Origin: Eledone cirrhosa
Taxonomy: Eukaryota
Length of the DNA stretch: 64,000 nt
Direction of reading: 5' to 3'
Assembly: GCA_964016885.1 (NCBI GenBank)
Contig: OZ024741.1
Span: 315,580,001-315,644,000, forward strand
Under the pieces are notes generated by a model. It did not search any database. It had not been told where the DNA came from and saw only the letters and a list, made by a program, of their open reading frames with translations. The translations under genes were made by a program, and so were the position numbers. Positions 28,451 to 43,734 of this stretch are shown here, piece after piece (position 1 is the stretch's first letter; every line of letters begins with the position of its first letter).

Positions 28451-28860
28451 TGTTTATGTTCATACACGGAAAATAAGCGCTACCTAAGTTTTATTATGAG
28501 TTAAATAATATATTGATATAATTTGACGAGGAATTATTCCGCCACACATTTTTCTCAAGTTCGTTCTATGTATATGTCCTATTTATTTAAAAGTTACTCC
28601 ATGTAACCACGCAAGAATACCACCTCCTCTATAACCATGCTCCATTTAGCCATCCAGTAATCTTCAGGACCATTACTATCATTCTATGGACGATAATGTC
28701 TCAGCTACAATACCGTCTTTCAGGTGTTTCTTTGTTTCGCTTAACTCTACTTCACAGTTCCACTTACCCACACTTCTTCTCCTGCTTTCTCTTTATATAT
28801 ATATATATGCACGCACACACACACACGCACGCACGCACACACACACACACACACGCACGC

Positions 28861-28952
<92 letters not shown>

Positions 28953-30468
28953 CACATACACACACACATATATATATATAGGATGGCTGCCCCCTCGTTA
29001 TTGAGTATGGCCATTGCACGATATAACATTATTAATAGCTATCAATTAATGCTATCGTGCAATGCCTGTGCGTGAAGATTTTTTTAAAGTAAGGAAAGGC
29101 TGTGCACTGAGCCAATCCCACTCTCTGAGCGACGGTAGCTATTACCCGAAAAGAAGAAAAGATCAACATCATCTGTAACTATTGAGCTGCAGGTTTTATG
29201 TCGGAATTATCCCAGTTTACTGAGTTGCCTTCTCCTACATACATTTATATATGGTTTGTACACGTAATAATTATTGCGTTTCTTAGTTTTAAGGCCTAGG
29301 TATGGCAGCAACTTCAAATTGTACATCGTGGTGAAGAAGGCATGAGGCATCAGTTCAAGATTTGTGTCTATTTCATCAGAACAGAGTATAACTGAACAAG
29401 ATATCGTTATGAAGTGAAAAAGGTGCTGTAAGTTAAAAATCTGTTGATCAGTATTTTAAGGGATACGACTCTTGTATAAATGCGAATTGTGGTGTTGTCT
29501 GTGTATTGTTGTCTGTGAGTTCGGTTTATTGTTAAAAGCTCGCGTCAATTTATAGTATGCTGTAGGTTATAGAAAATACTTACAGCCAGAGGATATTAAC
29601 ATAACTCGAATTTTTATCAACCCGAACACAGAAACACAGAAATATATTAACAACAGCACATCAATACATATTGCCACAAGAGTGATCTCCCTTAAAAGAT
29701 TGATCAACAAATTTTTAGAGTTCTTCCCCCTTCCGTCGCTCTACTTAAAGTGTTCTCTTTCGAATATTCACTCGGCCTCTCATGAAATATTCGTCAGTCA
29801 TGCATTGTGGCTTCACGCTTTCTGCGCCACGTTAGTGCCGTGTGTGACCCAAAATAATACACACAATCTCTCACACACACACATATTTATGAACACACAC
29901 ACACGACACATATATATATGTACCACACCGAAGATGAACTTCCCAACCTCGCTACCATAAGAAGGAACAAAAACCCAAGAAATCATCTCCCCCAGAATGA
30001 CATTTACAACTTTCCCTCTTCAAGGAGACACCATACCAAATCACTCAACTACTACGCGGATGCCTCATCGTCAAACATAGGGAAAAGATACCACCACCAT
30101 GATAGATGTAACAATTTCCCCGCTTCAAGGGGACAGCAAGGTAATTACCATTTTCTCAACTCTCGCTTCCACAATACACAACAAACCCACACCACACGAT
30201 ACAACCAACAACGTAGGCCACTTATAACACCACAATACAACATGGCACATAGAAACACACATCCATACTCGCAATACAGGAACACCCCATTCAATCTACA
30301 ACCACCAACCCGAACCACATTGTACAACAACAAGGAATATAACAAACACAGGAGACCACTTAACATCAGCAGACAACCCCTCTACCCCAACCATTTTTTA
30401 GACACAGCACACAGATACAGGCAAACAAAATAACACAAGACAAGGAGGAGAAACCGATAGTAATAAAA

Positions 30469-32262
30469 ATGATCAATCTTACTAGTGCAGAACCAACACC
30501 CAACCTTATCAACTTACTCTCCAAAGGTCTTAAATTCACACCGACCCCACTACGTCCTAACTACTATGAAATGAAGGAAGACATCACAGACTTCTGTAGA
30601 AAGTTGCGACTTAGTGAACAACTATTTGACCAGTACAATGAGGATGAATCATTAGCCAGAAATAGAAGCAATTACACCCCTTCAAAAGGTAGAAATAAAA
30701 TCCTGGACGAATTCTGTGAACACATCACAAACTTCCTTTACCAACACTTGCACAGACAAAAACACAAGCCAAACCTCAACAAGAAAGAATGGGAAGAATT
30801 AAATAGATTAAAAACCGACAGAGCCATTACAATTAAAGAGGCTGATAAAGGGAGTACAGTAGTCCTAATGGAGACAGAATTCTATATCAACTTAACGCTC
30901 TCCACTTTGGAAAACGAAACATACTACGAAAAGGCTGAACACTACAATCAACAGAAAATTATGAGAAACCTAAAAACTCTAATCAACCAATACAAAGAAG
31001 GACTCACTAACAAGGAATTCAGCTTCATCACAGACTTCACAAGTAAATCCAGCCTTTTCTACGGTATCGCTAAAGTACATAAAAGCGAATCAATAAGTAA
31101 GGCATGCAAGGAAGCCACAGACATAGTCACCCTCTATACTAAAGTCCTAAACAACTTTGGAAACACCCTTCACTTACACATTGAAAGGAACTGGAAGCGA
31201 TATCTAGATGACTGCTTCATCCTTTGGCACGAAAACATCGAAAAACTTAAAGAATTTCACACCCTTATAAATGGGCTCAACACGAATATTAACTTCACGA
31301 TGGAATACAGCCATCAACAACACCCCTTCCTCGACATCCTCATTAAGATCCATAACAAAACAATAGAAACAGACATATACTACAAGCCCACAGACTCAAA
31401 GCAATATCTCCCTTTCAACTCTTGCCACCCTAGACACGTTAAAATTAATATTCCCTACAACTTAGCCAAGAGAATCTGTACTATAGTCTCCAATAAAAAC
31501 ATCTGCTACTTACGGCTACAAGAACTAAAGGACACACTCATAGGCAGGGACTACCCTGCATCACTAATTGACAATGGAATCCAACGTGCCCTAAAACTCA
31601 GTACCCAGGACCTTAGACACCCTAAAGTAAATCAACCGAAACTAAAAGCTCTTCCATACATTTCCACAAACAACCCCCTCAACAATGAGGCCTTTGACAC
31701 CATCCTCCAGAACATCCCTGTGTTGAAAAAGGACCATAGAATGAACCAAATTCTACGAACACACGATATCATAAAGAGCAAAAGACAATCCAAGTCAATG
31801 AAAAACATCCTAACACATGCCAAAGTACTGCCAACCACAACAACGAAACCCACTTTAAAAAAATGCGATAGACCTAACTGTGGCATTTGCATCAACCTAA
31901 TAGGGGGTTCGGAATTCTATTTCAAAGAAGGACAACGTTTTATAGTAAAACACAATTTCACATGTGCATCGGAAAATCTAATATATGTATTAACTTGCTC
32001 AGGTTGTCGAGAACAATACATAGGCCAGACTAAAAACAGCCTCCGCCAAGGCATGACTGTCCATAGATCCCAAATTAAAATACGGGAATACAGGAAAATA
32101 CCACTGAGTGAACACATTGATACCTGTGCCACCCAAAATCATCCCAACTTCAGAATCTTTCCCCTCTACAAATTTAAAGATAATGCCACCCACACCCAGC
32201 GCATCAGCAAGGAATTTTACTTCATTAACAAATACGGACCCCGTCTAAACACTTCTCCCTAA
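30469..32262 (+). CDS. PLE polyprotein with in-frame RT deletion: N-terminal region, YLDD/thumb, Cys linker, GIY-YIG endonuclease
   Basis: LLSKGLKFTPTP, IKEADKGSTVV, KRYLDDCF, PFLDI, YYKPTD, CDRPNCGIC, NLIYVLTC..C..QYIGQT. Lacks 152 aa present in 55668-56480. Confidence 0.85.
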   Translation: MINLTSAEPTPNLINLLSKGLKFTPTPLRPNYYEMKEDITDFCRKLRLSEQLFDQYNEDESLARNRSNYTPSKGRNKILDEFCEHITNFLYQHLHRQKHKPNLNKKEWEELNRLKTDRAITIKEADKGSTVVLMETEFYINLTLSTLENETYYEKAEHYNQQKIMRNLKTLINQYKEGLTNKEFSFITDFTSKSSLFYGIAKVHKSESISKACKEATDIVTLYTKVLNNFGNTLHLHIERNWKRYLDDCFILWHENIEKLKEFHTLINGLNTNINFTMEYSHQQHPFLDILIKIHNKTIETDIYYKPTDSKQYLPFNSCHPRHVKINIPYNLAKRICTIVSNKNICYLRLQELKDTLIGRDYPASLIDNGIQRALKLSTQDLRHPKVNQPKLKALPYISTNNPLNNEAFDTILQNIPVLKKDHRMNQILRTHDIIKSKRQSKSMKNILTHAKVLPTTTTKPTLKKCDRPNCGICINLIGGSEFYFKEGQRFIVKHNFTCASENLIYVLTCSGCREQYIGQTKNSLRQGMTVHRSQIKIREYRKIPLSEHIDTCATQNHPNFRIFPLYKFKDNATHTQRISKEFYFINKYGPRLNTSP

Positions 32263-33136
32263 GACGAACCCACAACATACACACGTCAACATACATACCT
32301 ACATCAGCACACATCTCTACCCACATATAAACACAATAACATACGTAAACACACATGCTCTATGGTGCAACACAAAAAAATATATGTGTATATATATATA
32401 TATATATATAGTGAATATATGTATGTGTATATATATATAGTGAATATCATTTCACACCTTTTATTGTTAAAATTTTTGATGTTCTATTAAGAGAACCGAT
32501 TTTACTGAAAAAATTCGAATAATGTACACCATTTTACCAGGGGGAAAAAATACTGGTCCACCCACCCACCCACCCACACACACACACACACATATATATA
32601 TATACACACACACATACACACGCGTACATTAACATACAAAGAGACTTATACACACACACACACACACACACGCACTTCTCCGTATAAGACAAAAGCTGAA
32701 AAATATCTTTTGACATGCTAAAATACCCCCCATTTGACACACATCCCTGCTAACCATTATCACAACATCGAACACCTTACTACTACTACACACACACACA
32801 CACACATATTTGTTGTGAAAGAGTCATTTCTCAATCTTGGCGCAAAACCAATTTTTTATTTCCATGACCTCTACCGACCAATCAAAATTGTTTTGACCAC
32901 AAGAATTTTGCAAACACCAAGTAGCGCTGGAGCCACTTTTTTAACATAAAAACAGTCTTGGCGCAAAATCAATTTTTTTACATTCACATGACCTCTACCA
33001 ACCAATCAAAATTGTTTTGACCACAAGAATTTTTGCAACACCAAAGTAGCGCTGGAGCCACTTTTTTAACATAAAAACAGGTAGAATTCCCAAAACTAAT
33101 CAGAGCAAACAACACGGACACTCTATCTCAAAATTA

Positions 33137-33173
33137 TTTTTGAAAAGCATTTAGAAATGCGCAACCGGTAAAA
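33137..33173 (+). ncRNA. Variant minimal hammerhead motif (UUGAAAA...GCAA); copies at 58804-58841 plus and 53998-54033 minus
   Basis: TTT-TTGAAAA-GCATTT AG AAATGC-GCAA-CCGG-TA-AAA, at the pLTR position equivalent to 63357-63393. Confidence 0.6.
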
Positions 33174-33291
33174 ACTTAAAAACTTAAAACCACAACTGAA
33201 TACTAACCCATACAATTACTAATACTCTTTTATTCCTAATTAAACCATTTTTCAACTGTGAACAATTTGTCAGCATTTTCTATTCCGTTTA

Positions 33292-33372
<81 letters not shown>

Positions 33373-33569
33373 TCAGGAAGCGAATGAAACAGTCCTGTAG
33401 AAGCTGTTCTATATTAAAACTTTTATACTCTGCTATGTATTGAGTACCTTACTTACTGTGGTTACCTCCGATTCAACCCGGCATAACTTATATATAAATA
33501 TATGTATATATGTATATATGTATATATATATATATATACATTTACATATATATACATATATATATTTAC

Positions 33570-33620
<51 letters not shown>

Positions 33621-33630
33621 TATTTTTGTA

Positions 33631-33704
<74 letters not shown>

Positions 33705-33706
33705 AG

Positions 33707-33814
<108 letters not shown>

Positions 33815-33849
33815 GGAAAGTTATATTTAAAATTGTTGGGTTACAACTA

Positions 33850-34279
33850 GTAAATATTTATAACTGATATAAAAGCACTCGACAAATATTTGGAGTATAT
33901 TTACAATATTAAATAAATGGAAACTATATTTATAAAACCATATTTATTTCATTATATATATTTCGGGGATATCATATTAACAATATGCTATGCCTTCCTC
34001 AGACAAAATACAATATAAACAGTTTTATAGATAAATAGATTCGACATACCGTTATAACACCGACTTGCATTTGAAGAGGTTAAGCTGGCAGTTAACTGCC
34101 AGCTTAACCTCTTCAAATGCAAGTCGGTGTTATAACGGTATGTCGAATCTATTTATCTATAAAACTGTTTATATTGTATTTTGTCTGAGGAAGGCATAGC
34201 ATATTGTTAATATGATATCCCCGAAATATATATAATGAAATAAATATGCTTTTATAAATATAGTTTCCATTTATTTAAT

Positions 34280-34283
<4 letters not shown>
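33850..34283. mobile_element. Near-perfect ~380-bp palindrome of a PLE-type 3' end
   Basis: Centre GTTAAC at 34091-34096. Arms ~33903-34093 and 34094-34283. Confidence 0.9.
34178..34241 (+). ncRNA. Type I hammerhead ribozyme (mirror copy ~33946-34009)
   Basis: ATTTTGT-CTGAGGA-AGG...CATATT GTT AATATG...CCCC-GAAA-TATATAT-A-ATGAAAT. Confidence 0.7.
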
Positions 34284-34345
<62 letters not shown>

Positions 34346-34352
34346 CATACAT

Positions 34353-34434
<82 letters not shown>

Positions 34435-34449
34435 AATACATACATATTC

Positions 34450-35240
34450 AAAACCGTCTAGCCCATGCTAACGTCCATCTTCCACGCTAGCATGAGTTAG
34501 ACGGTTTTGTTCCACTTGATGCGGTATTCGTCGCGAGACCGTATCTCGTTCTTACAGAAGTGTCTCTGGCAGGTTTTCTATGGCAGGAAGCCCTTCCTAA
34601 CACCACCACATTTACAGTGTGGACTGGGACCCTTTTTACCGTGTCTCCTACACGACCAATTTACAGTGTGTGTTGGGTGCTTTTTGTGTGTCACCGACAC
34701 AATGGACGGAAATGGGAGGATGGAGCAGGGTGTATATTGAGTTAAGAGGTGCCTACTGACTTTACGTTTAACTTTGTATGCAAGGGAAGGCGGGTCTTCT
34801 GTACAACTGCATAGCGCAAATGATCTCGGTCCAGTGACATTGTCTTGGAAAGGTATAAGTGAGCAAGGTCAATTTTTATCACCTCGTCCCAGGTTTTCCT
34901 TGGTCTACGCGCTCAGTAGCTTCCATCAATTTTGATTGCTATGCACTTTTTTTATACAGCTGTTGTGCTTCATGCGCATCAGATGACCATACCAGCGGAA
35001 TCTCATCTTTCAGAACACAATATATACCTCTTATGCTTATTTTTCTCTCAATTCGTTTATGCTTTGACGTTCGCGTACATTACTATTATACATCCATCGA
35101 TGCACGCAAGCTTCAGTTCTTTCTAATCTATGCAGGTCTTCAACACACAACGCCTAAGTCTCACTACCATGTAATATCAACGTTCGTATAGAAGCATCAT
35201 ACAATCTGCTTTCACTTTTCGACAAAACATCCTTGTGGCC
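34450..35240 (-). mobile_element. RTE-like LINE 3' fragment
   Basis: Minus translation RFRWYGHLMRM...RRPRKTWDEVIKIDL. Confidence 0.75.
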
Positions 35241-35269
35241 ATAGAAAGAACTAGAAAGAACTAGAAAGA

Positions 35270-36528
<1,259 letters not shown>

Positions 36529-36539
36529 TATATACATAT

Positions 36540-37900
36540 TCATTAGTTAAGCAAAACAAGACCACAAATTTCACAAGGAAGACATTATTAAAAGATTGTC
36601 AACATATTTTAGTTTGATGTAAGGAATGTAGAGAATAATAATAATAATATTAATAATAATAATGTCCGTTTACAATTGTTTCGCTACTCCATATAATATT
36701 TCTGGATCAGATGACTATATATCATAATTGATCTGGTTCAGTTGAAAATAATTAACATATTTAAAAGACAGAGCGGCTCATCGGAGCTTCAAATGAATAT
36801 AAATTAAAATAATGAGAGAATGTTACATAATATAATGTTCCATATATTGGTTTTTACTATGGTGTCTTGGTTGCATCAGTTGTCAGCCATAATCAAGCAG
36901 TATTCATCTGTCGAGGCTGCATTGTGTGAGATCTGCCAATGGGTAACAAGATGACTGCCAAAGGGCATATTTTCCTTACTAATTAGAGGGTGGTTTCAGG
37001 GGAAGTAACTCCTCGAGAGATTAGAAATTGTGGGTGTTTATAGTTAAGTGCTAATTTTTAATTTGTTTTTAATTGAGAGACAATGTAGGGAAGGTAACTT
37101 ATTTATTATCGAGTAGTTCATAGCAATTTAACTTAGCTACAAGTAAAAATGGGGCTACATGACTAAGTTGGGTCAAAAATTCTATTGGCGAAGGAATTAA
37201 CCCTTCGATGTTGACAGCTAATAGTTACCTCCGTTCTATCGTTAATCGGTAGAGGTCGTGATAGAGTTATGTAATATACTTCTGTAATACAGAGATCACA
37301 AGATTTTTTTCGTCCATTGAACGGTTAGGCCCTAGCCACGATAACCGATTTTAGTGAGTGTTGAACGTTGTTTAATTTAAGGTTTTTAATGAGCCTGGCT
37401 AGCGATGTCGAACATCTGTTGCTAGGGTCTCGGAAGGAAAAAGAGTGTGCGTTATAGCGTACCTTAAAACGGTTAGAGGTAGACCCGATATAAGAGCTGG
37501 TATTCGAAGCAGTCTTAACCATGCACCTATAGACTATGTTGGGTGTCAGGCAGTGTCCATTTAATGGGCATGAATTGGGGTAACGGCAGTTGCAGTTGCT
37601 TCTGCGGTTAGTGAGAGTAGGGTTGTTTAACCTAAGCGGTAGGTCCGTGCTAGAAGGATTAGATGGGGGAGGTGTGCTACTAGAGTAATTATTGGTGTAG
37701 TGGCGTGGTGTATTTGATAGGGGTGGTGGTACCGCGGTGTAGGAGTTATACTGTCTTATCTTATGATGGTTACTGAATGCAATGTGGCTAGCTAGGTGTT
37801 GTGGAGAATGAGATTTTAATGTTATTTTTATTAAAGAGTTTGTAATATCTATGGTTGGGGGAAATATGACATTCCGACCTGTGGGAGCCAAACCGGTCAG
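36540..37900 (-). mobile_element. Second Hydra-clade-like PLE 3' fragment
   Basis: ORF 37325-37891 CNCRYPNSCPLNGHCL...IVYRC...YIGST...FKVRYNAH. Degenerate HHR ~36666-36790 (CCGATGA-GCCGCTC...GAGTAGC-GAAA-CAATTG-TA). Confidence 0.8.
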
Positions 37901-38134
37901 GCGTTAAGAGAGAAAATCTTTACAACTATCTCTAATGGAGTAAGAAAGTAAATTCAGCATGTGAGAATTAAGGAATGTTGTTAGAGTGAAAGTAAGTATG
38001 CCAAGATTTTATCGAGTCCGCTTAAGAGTATATCGGATAAGAGTATAGTTCGCATAAGAGTATAGCATAATCAATTCCTCTTTACATATTTTCTATATAA
38101 TTTAGTCCGAATAAGCGTATAATGAATACGGTAA

Positions 38135-38334
38135 NNNNNNNNNNNNNNNNNNNNNNNNNNNNNNNNNNNNNNNNNNNNNNNNNNNNNNNNNNNNNNNNNN
38201 NNNNNNNNNNNNNNNNNNNNNNNNNNNNNNNNNNNNNNNNNNNNNNNNNNNNNNNNNNNNNNNNNNNNNNNNNNNNNNNNNNNNNNNNNNNNNNNNNNNN
38301 NNNNNNNNNNNNNNNNNNNNNNNNNNNNNNNNNN
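38135..38334. other. Assembly gap
   Basis: Run of 200 N. Confidence 0.99.
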
Positions 38335-39102
38335 TATTTACTCAACTATCAATTCATCAATTCGGCTTCCAATCTGTCAAAGTATCAATCCGTCATTCTA
38401 TACATATATACATAGATACATCCAGCCATACATACACACGTTCAGCACCTGTATCTAAATACATACATATATCCATACATACATACATACATACATACAT
38501 ACATACATACATACATACATACATACATACATACATACATACATACGTGCATACATACGTGCATCAATATACATTCATCTATACAAACATGCATATATTC
38601 ATGCATACATGCATACACATTTATCCATACATCTATGCATATATATACACACATATATCTATGCATACATCTGTTAATGTATCTGTCTAACTGCCTGTTA
38701 AGGTTAACTAACCTTCTCATTAGCAGTTAGGTAAATGTCAATAAAGTGAATCATTAATCATCAGTTAACTAATGATGATCATAATTACTTAAGTTGCCGA
38801 GATGCGTGAAATTTACGCTTTGCTAACGAATCACTTGAGGGAGATGTACTCCCTTAGTTCATTAATACTCCCCCCTAGTCAGAATATGTCTAGTGACGTG
38901 TGTTGATTTTAATTATTTAGTTATCAGAATAAAATAAACACCTTAACCCTTCGCTCATCACATTTCCAATTAGAATAGACAGCGTTTCAATCAATTCTGG
39001 TATTACACACACACATATATATATATACATGCATACACCCCCCCACCCCCCCACCCACACACACATATATATATGTGTGTGTGTATATATATAAATGTAT
39101 AT

Positions 39103-39665
<563 letters not shown>

Positions 39666-39783
39666 ATATATATATATATATGTACAATTATTGACCACTC
39701 ATCGAAAGAGAACAGGATTTAAGCTGCCGCGTGAAGGCCGCGGGTGTGACTGGACATTTGGAAACTCTGCTTCGTAGAATCGT

Positions 39784-39878
39784 GACGTATCTGAGGATCT
39801 TGCGATTTCAGAGTCAGGTTCGATCATTGCATAGATCGTGCCTCGAGCTGGTCGCCAGAGAAACGATTGTAATATGTC
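39784..39878 (+). ncRNA. Type I hammerhead ribozyme with extended stem II (decayed copy ~10001-10090)
   Basis: GACGTAT-CTGAGGA-TCTTGCGA...CGATC..GATCG...TCGCCAGA-GAAA-CGATTG-TA-ATATGTC. Confidence 0.8.
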
Positions 39879-40001
39879 TAATTAATTTTATTCGTCGCAA
39901 CACTGATTCTCCGTTTCCTATGTGATATTATACTCTGCTCTGTAAGAGCATCGAGTGTTCAAACGACCTACCGCTTACGGACGATTTAAGCATCACACAG
40001 C

Positions 40002-40094
<93 letters not shown>

Positions 40095-40353
40095 GGGAAA
40101 TGTTCAAGAACCCGACGACAGAGCTCGAGCCGTTTCGACAGCTATTTCTCGACTATATTAGATTTTTAGCGTGGTTGTAAAAGACTTTTACTACCACGCT
40201 AAAAATATAATTTAGTCCAGAAATAGCCGTCGAAACAGCTCGAGCTCTGCCGTCGTGATCTTGAACATTTCCCTATTAACCACTCTACTACCCAAATTAT
40301 TGAGTACTCTGGTGCGTTATGGTCCACCTGGTTCCTTACCAGACTTCCTTCGT

Positions 40354-40387
<34 letters not shown>

Positions 40388-40663
40388 GGGAAAAAAGATG
40401 AAATCGAAAATGCAACTGGAGTTTCTTTTTTTTAAATATATTTATTTGGTTCCTTTACCGGTTTTGCAGTTCTTGTGCTTTTCAAAAGTCTCAATTCTAC
40501 TTTTGAAAAGCACAAGAACTGCGAAACCGGTAAAGGAACCAAATAAATATATTTAAAAAAAAAAAGACTCCAGTTGCATTTTCGATTTCATCTTTTTTCC
40601 TTATATTTTCACTTGTGTAGGACACCTCGGTTTTATTTCATTTTGTAAAAAAAACCTCACTCT

Positions 40664-40665
<2 letters not shown>
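40388..40665. mobile_element. Fold-back of the pLTR of the 60058-63540 family
   Basis: Centre ~40490. HHR motif at 40500-40535 with a mirror copy. Confidence 0.88.
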
Positions 40666-40735
<70 letters not shown>

Positions 40736-40742
<7 letters not shown>

Positions 40743-41788
40743 ACTAGAAATTGATTAACATATAAATAAACATGAATAATCACAGGAGATAATTTTTACA
40801 AGTGTGTAATCACACATAACTAGTTAGGTAACTAAATAAAGTTAACCAGAACTTCAAAAATAGATACCTTATAATATGATTAATCTTCCCTGTATATATC
40901 CCATTAAAGAAATATATTTCACCAATTAATAGAATGGTAAACCACAGATGCCTATACTTGGATTTTCAACAAGGAAGAAGTTTCAGCGATCTATGTTTAC
41001 ACTTCAAGTTCAAATCAGCGACTGGCCAGCAACACGTGCTGTATCTACTAGAAATACACACATCATACCAGCTTCGTCCCAGTGGCGTGAATAGGGTTAT
41101 CGACAACTAGAAACAGCAGTCAAGTCCTTTCAACAGAGTTAGCTCTACAATTAGGAACCGTATTTATATATCTATATCCAAAATTAAGATAAATCAAAAT
41201 GAATTTAATCTAAATCAAAATTATGGGTGTCATGCCAGAAAGACATGCGCCATGTCACCCGCAATATAAGCTCTAAGATTCTAACGAATAGGTCCGAGCA
41301 TTTTATAATAATTAGAAATTGATTAACATATAAATAAACATGAATAATCACAGGAGATAATTTTTACAAGTGTGTAAGAACACATAGCTGAAACTTCTTC
41401 CTTGTTGAAAATCCAAGTATCGGCATCTGTGGTTTACCATTCTATTAATTGGTGAAATATATTTCTTTAATGGGATATATACAGGGAAGATTAATCATAT
41501 TATAAGGTATCTATTTTTGAAGTTCTGGTTAACTTTATTTAGTTACCTACCTAGCTATGTGTGATTACACACTTGTAAAAATTATCTCCTGCGATTATTC
41601 ATGTTTATTTATATGTTAATCAATTTTTAGTTATTATAAAATGCTCGGACCTATTCGTTAGAAACTTAGAGGTTATTTTGCGGGTGATATGGCGCATGTC
41701 TTTCTGGCATGACACCCATAATTTTGATTTAGATTAAATTCATTTTGATTTATCTTAATTTTGGATATAGATATATAAATACGGCTCC
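40736..41788. repeat. Non-coding 568-bp HHR-containing unit with terminal redundancy plus an inverted, permuted arm
   Basis: 40736-40810 recurs at 41304-41378. 41387-41788 is the reverse complement of 40987-40736 joined directly to 41303-41156. Confidence 0.85.
41397..41489 (+). ncRNA. Type I hammerhead with full stems and U3-A8 core (inverted copy 40885-40977)
   Basis: CTTCCTTG-TTGAAAA-TCCAA...TTGGT-GAAA-TATATTTC TTTAAT GGGATATA-TA-CAGGGAAG. 8-bp stem I and 9-bp stem III. Confidence 0.8.
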
Positions 41789-41842
41789 TTAATAGGCTGG
41801 TCTTAGGATTCTGTCGATCGATTGGTTATTGATTAGGCGATA

Positions 41843-41952
41843 CCCGCTGGTGAAGCCGCATAAGCCGATTGTGCATTGTTGCATACTATATGCAGACAGA
41901 TGGTGCAGTGCACCTTACTGCTGCATTAGTGCGGCAGAAACTCGAGTCCGGG
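41843..41952 (+). ncRNA. Type I hammerhead motif with branched stem II and one core change (CTGGTGA)
   Basis: CCCG-CTGGTGA-A GCCGCAT...GTGCGGC A-GAAA-CTCGAG-TC-CGGG. Confidence 0.7.
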
Positions 41953-42102
41953 ACCCTTATAGGTACCCGTTTTACGTGTGTTGTGTTGAAGCAAATAACT
42001 TTGTGTATACTCTGGGATTGTATCTTACATTGCCCATGGTGTGCGCTGAGATACAACCGGTAGTGGCATTGATAAATATGCTGGGTCTGTCAACACTTAT
42101 TA

Positions 42103-42146
<44 letters not shown>

Positions 42147-42244
42147 TATATATGTATATATACATATATATATATAAATATATATATATATACACACACA
42201 TATACATATACACATATTTATATGTACACACATATATATATATA

Positions 42245-42465
42245 TTTATTAAAATAACAGATTAAAGTTTAAGCAAAGAATCGCTGCTTTCACCCTTAAC
42301 GGGATCTTCTGAAGATCCCGTTAAGGGTGAAAGCATCGATTCTTTGCTTAAACTTTAATCTGTTATGTTAATAAATATTTGCTCTACAGTTCTTATATAT
42401 TTGATGTATATTTATTCTTATCGAACCCTCTTTGGATTTTAGTCTTCAAATTTATTATTATTATT
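42245..42465. mobile_element. Fold-back centred on an HHR core (same family at 59800-59975)
   Basis: Centre GGGATCTTC-T-GAAGATCCC at 42310. Right arm CTGAAGA-TCCC GTTAA GGGT-GAAA-GCA...TGC-TT. Confidence 0.8.
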
Positions 42466-42470
42466 ACTTG

Positions 42471-42870
42471 TGAATTGGCAGTATCGGTAGAGGGTCGGAC
42501 ATGCTTTCCAGCATAGTTACGTCCCTTTATGATCTGAGTTCAAATCCGGCCGAGGTTAACTTTGCCTTTCATCCTTACGGGGTCGATAAAATAAAGTACC
42601 AGTAATGTACTGGGTAATTGCTGGCCTTGTGCCTAAAGTGAAAAAAAAAAAAAATTATTACTTGAGTTCAAATCCCGCCGAGGTTAACTTTGCCTTTCAT
42701 CCTTACGGGGTCGATAAAATAAAGCACCACTAATGTACTGATTAATTGCTGGCCTTGTGCCAAAAGTAGAAACAGTTATTACTATATATATATATTTATA
42801 CTAAAATAAAGTAGCAGTAATGCACTGGATAATTGCTGACCTTGTGCCTAAAGTAGAAACAATTATTACT
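42471..42870 (+). mobile_element. Cluster of three SINE copies (one near full length, two truncated)
   Basis: Repeated GAGTTCAAATCC...AAAATAAAGTACCAG... units. Confidence 0.9.
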
Positions 42871-42872
42871 AC

Positions 42873-42949
<77 letters not shown>

Positions 42950-43213
42950 TATATATATATATACATATGAATATACACGCCTATATGTGTATGTAAGTGT
43001 GTATGTTTTGGAAGCCGCTATAATGCAGGTGGGTTTATAAATATTGAAGTAAGAAAATTAGATGAAATGATGGTGCATATAGTTATACACTATATATATA
43101 AGTACTATATATGACGCTGTCCATGAGAAATGCAAATGCCGGTGCAGCCTCGCACCAGTGTCATTGAAACTCATATACACACTATATATATATATTATTT
43201 ATGCACTATATAG

Positions 43214-43662
43214 GGGCAGTGGATTGGCAGTATCGGTAGAGCGCCGGACAACATGCTTTGCAACATAGAGTTAGAGTCCTTTACGTTCTGCGTTGAAATC
43301 CTTCCAAGGTTGACTTTGATTTTCATCCTTTCGGGTTTGATAAAATAAAGCACAATTATCGCAATGGGGTCAACTTGATCGATTTCCCCTCCCACCAAAA
43401 TTGTTGGCCTTATGCCTAAGTCAGAAACCAATATATTAAGGGCGGTGGATTGGCAGTATCGGTAGAGTGTCGGACACCATCCTTTGCAGCATAGAGTTAC
43501 GTCCCTTTATGATCTGAGTTCAAATCCCGCCGAGGTTAACTTTGCCTTTCATCCTTACAGGGTCGATAAAATAAAGTACCAGTCACGCACTGGGGTCAAT
43601 TTAATCGACTTTCCCCGTCCCTCAAAATTTCTGACCTTGTGCCTATATAAGAAACCATTATT
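43214..43662 (+). mobile_element. Two tandem SINE copies
   Basis: Heads at 43214 and 43440, same family as 5337-5772. Confidence 0.9.
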
Positions 43663-43734
43663 TATGCAATATATATACAGACGATGTCGTTCAAAGAAAC
43701 GGCAAAGCTGATACAATTATACCGTCATAACATT

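Larger units (their letters stand above)
29918..33296 (+). mobile_element. Penelope-like element (Neptune-like), family A copy 1
   Basis: N-terminal fragment, 597-aa ORF, 3' UTR homologous to 57362-58952. Ends in (TA)n. Confidence 0.92.

Noticed and set aside
29125-29165. CTGAGCGA-GGTA..TACC-GAAA motif
   Set aside because: No stem III or stem I partner was found.
38082-38415. ORFs containing X runs
   Set aside because: They span the N gap.
41829-42257. 142-aa ORF as a host exon
   Set aside because: It overlaps an HHR-bearing element end and runs into a microsatellite.
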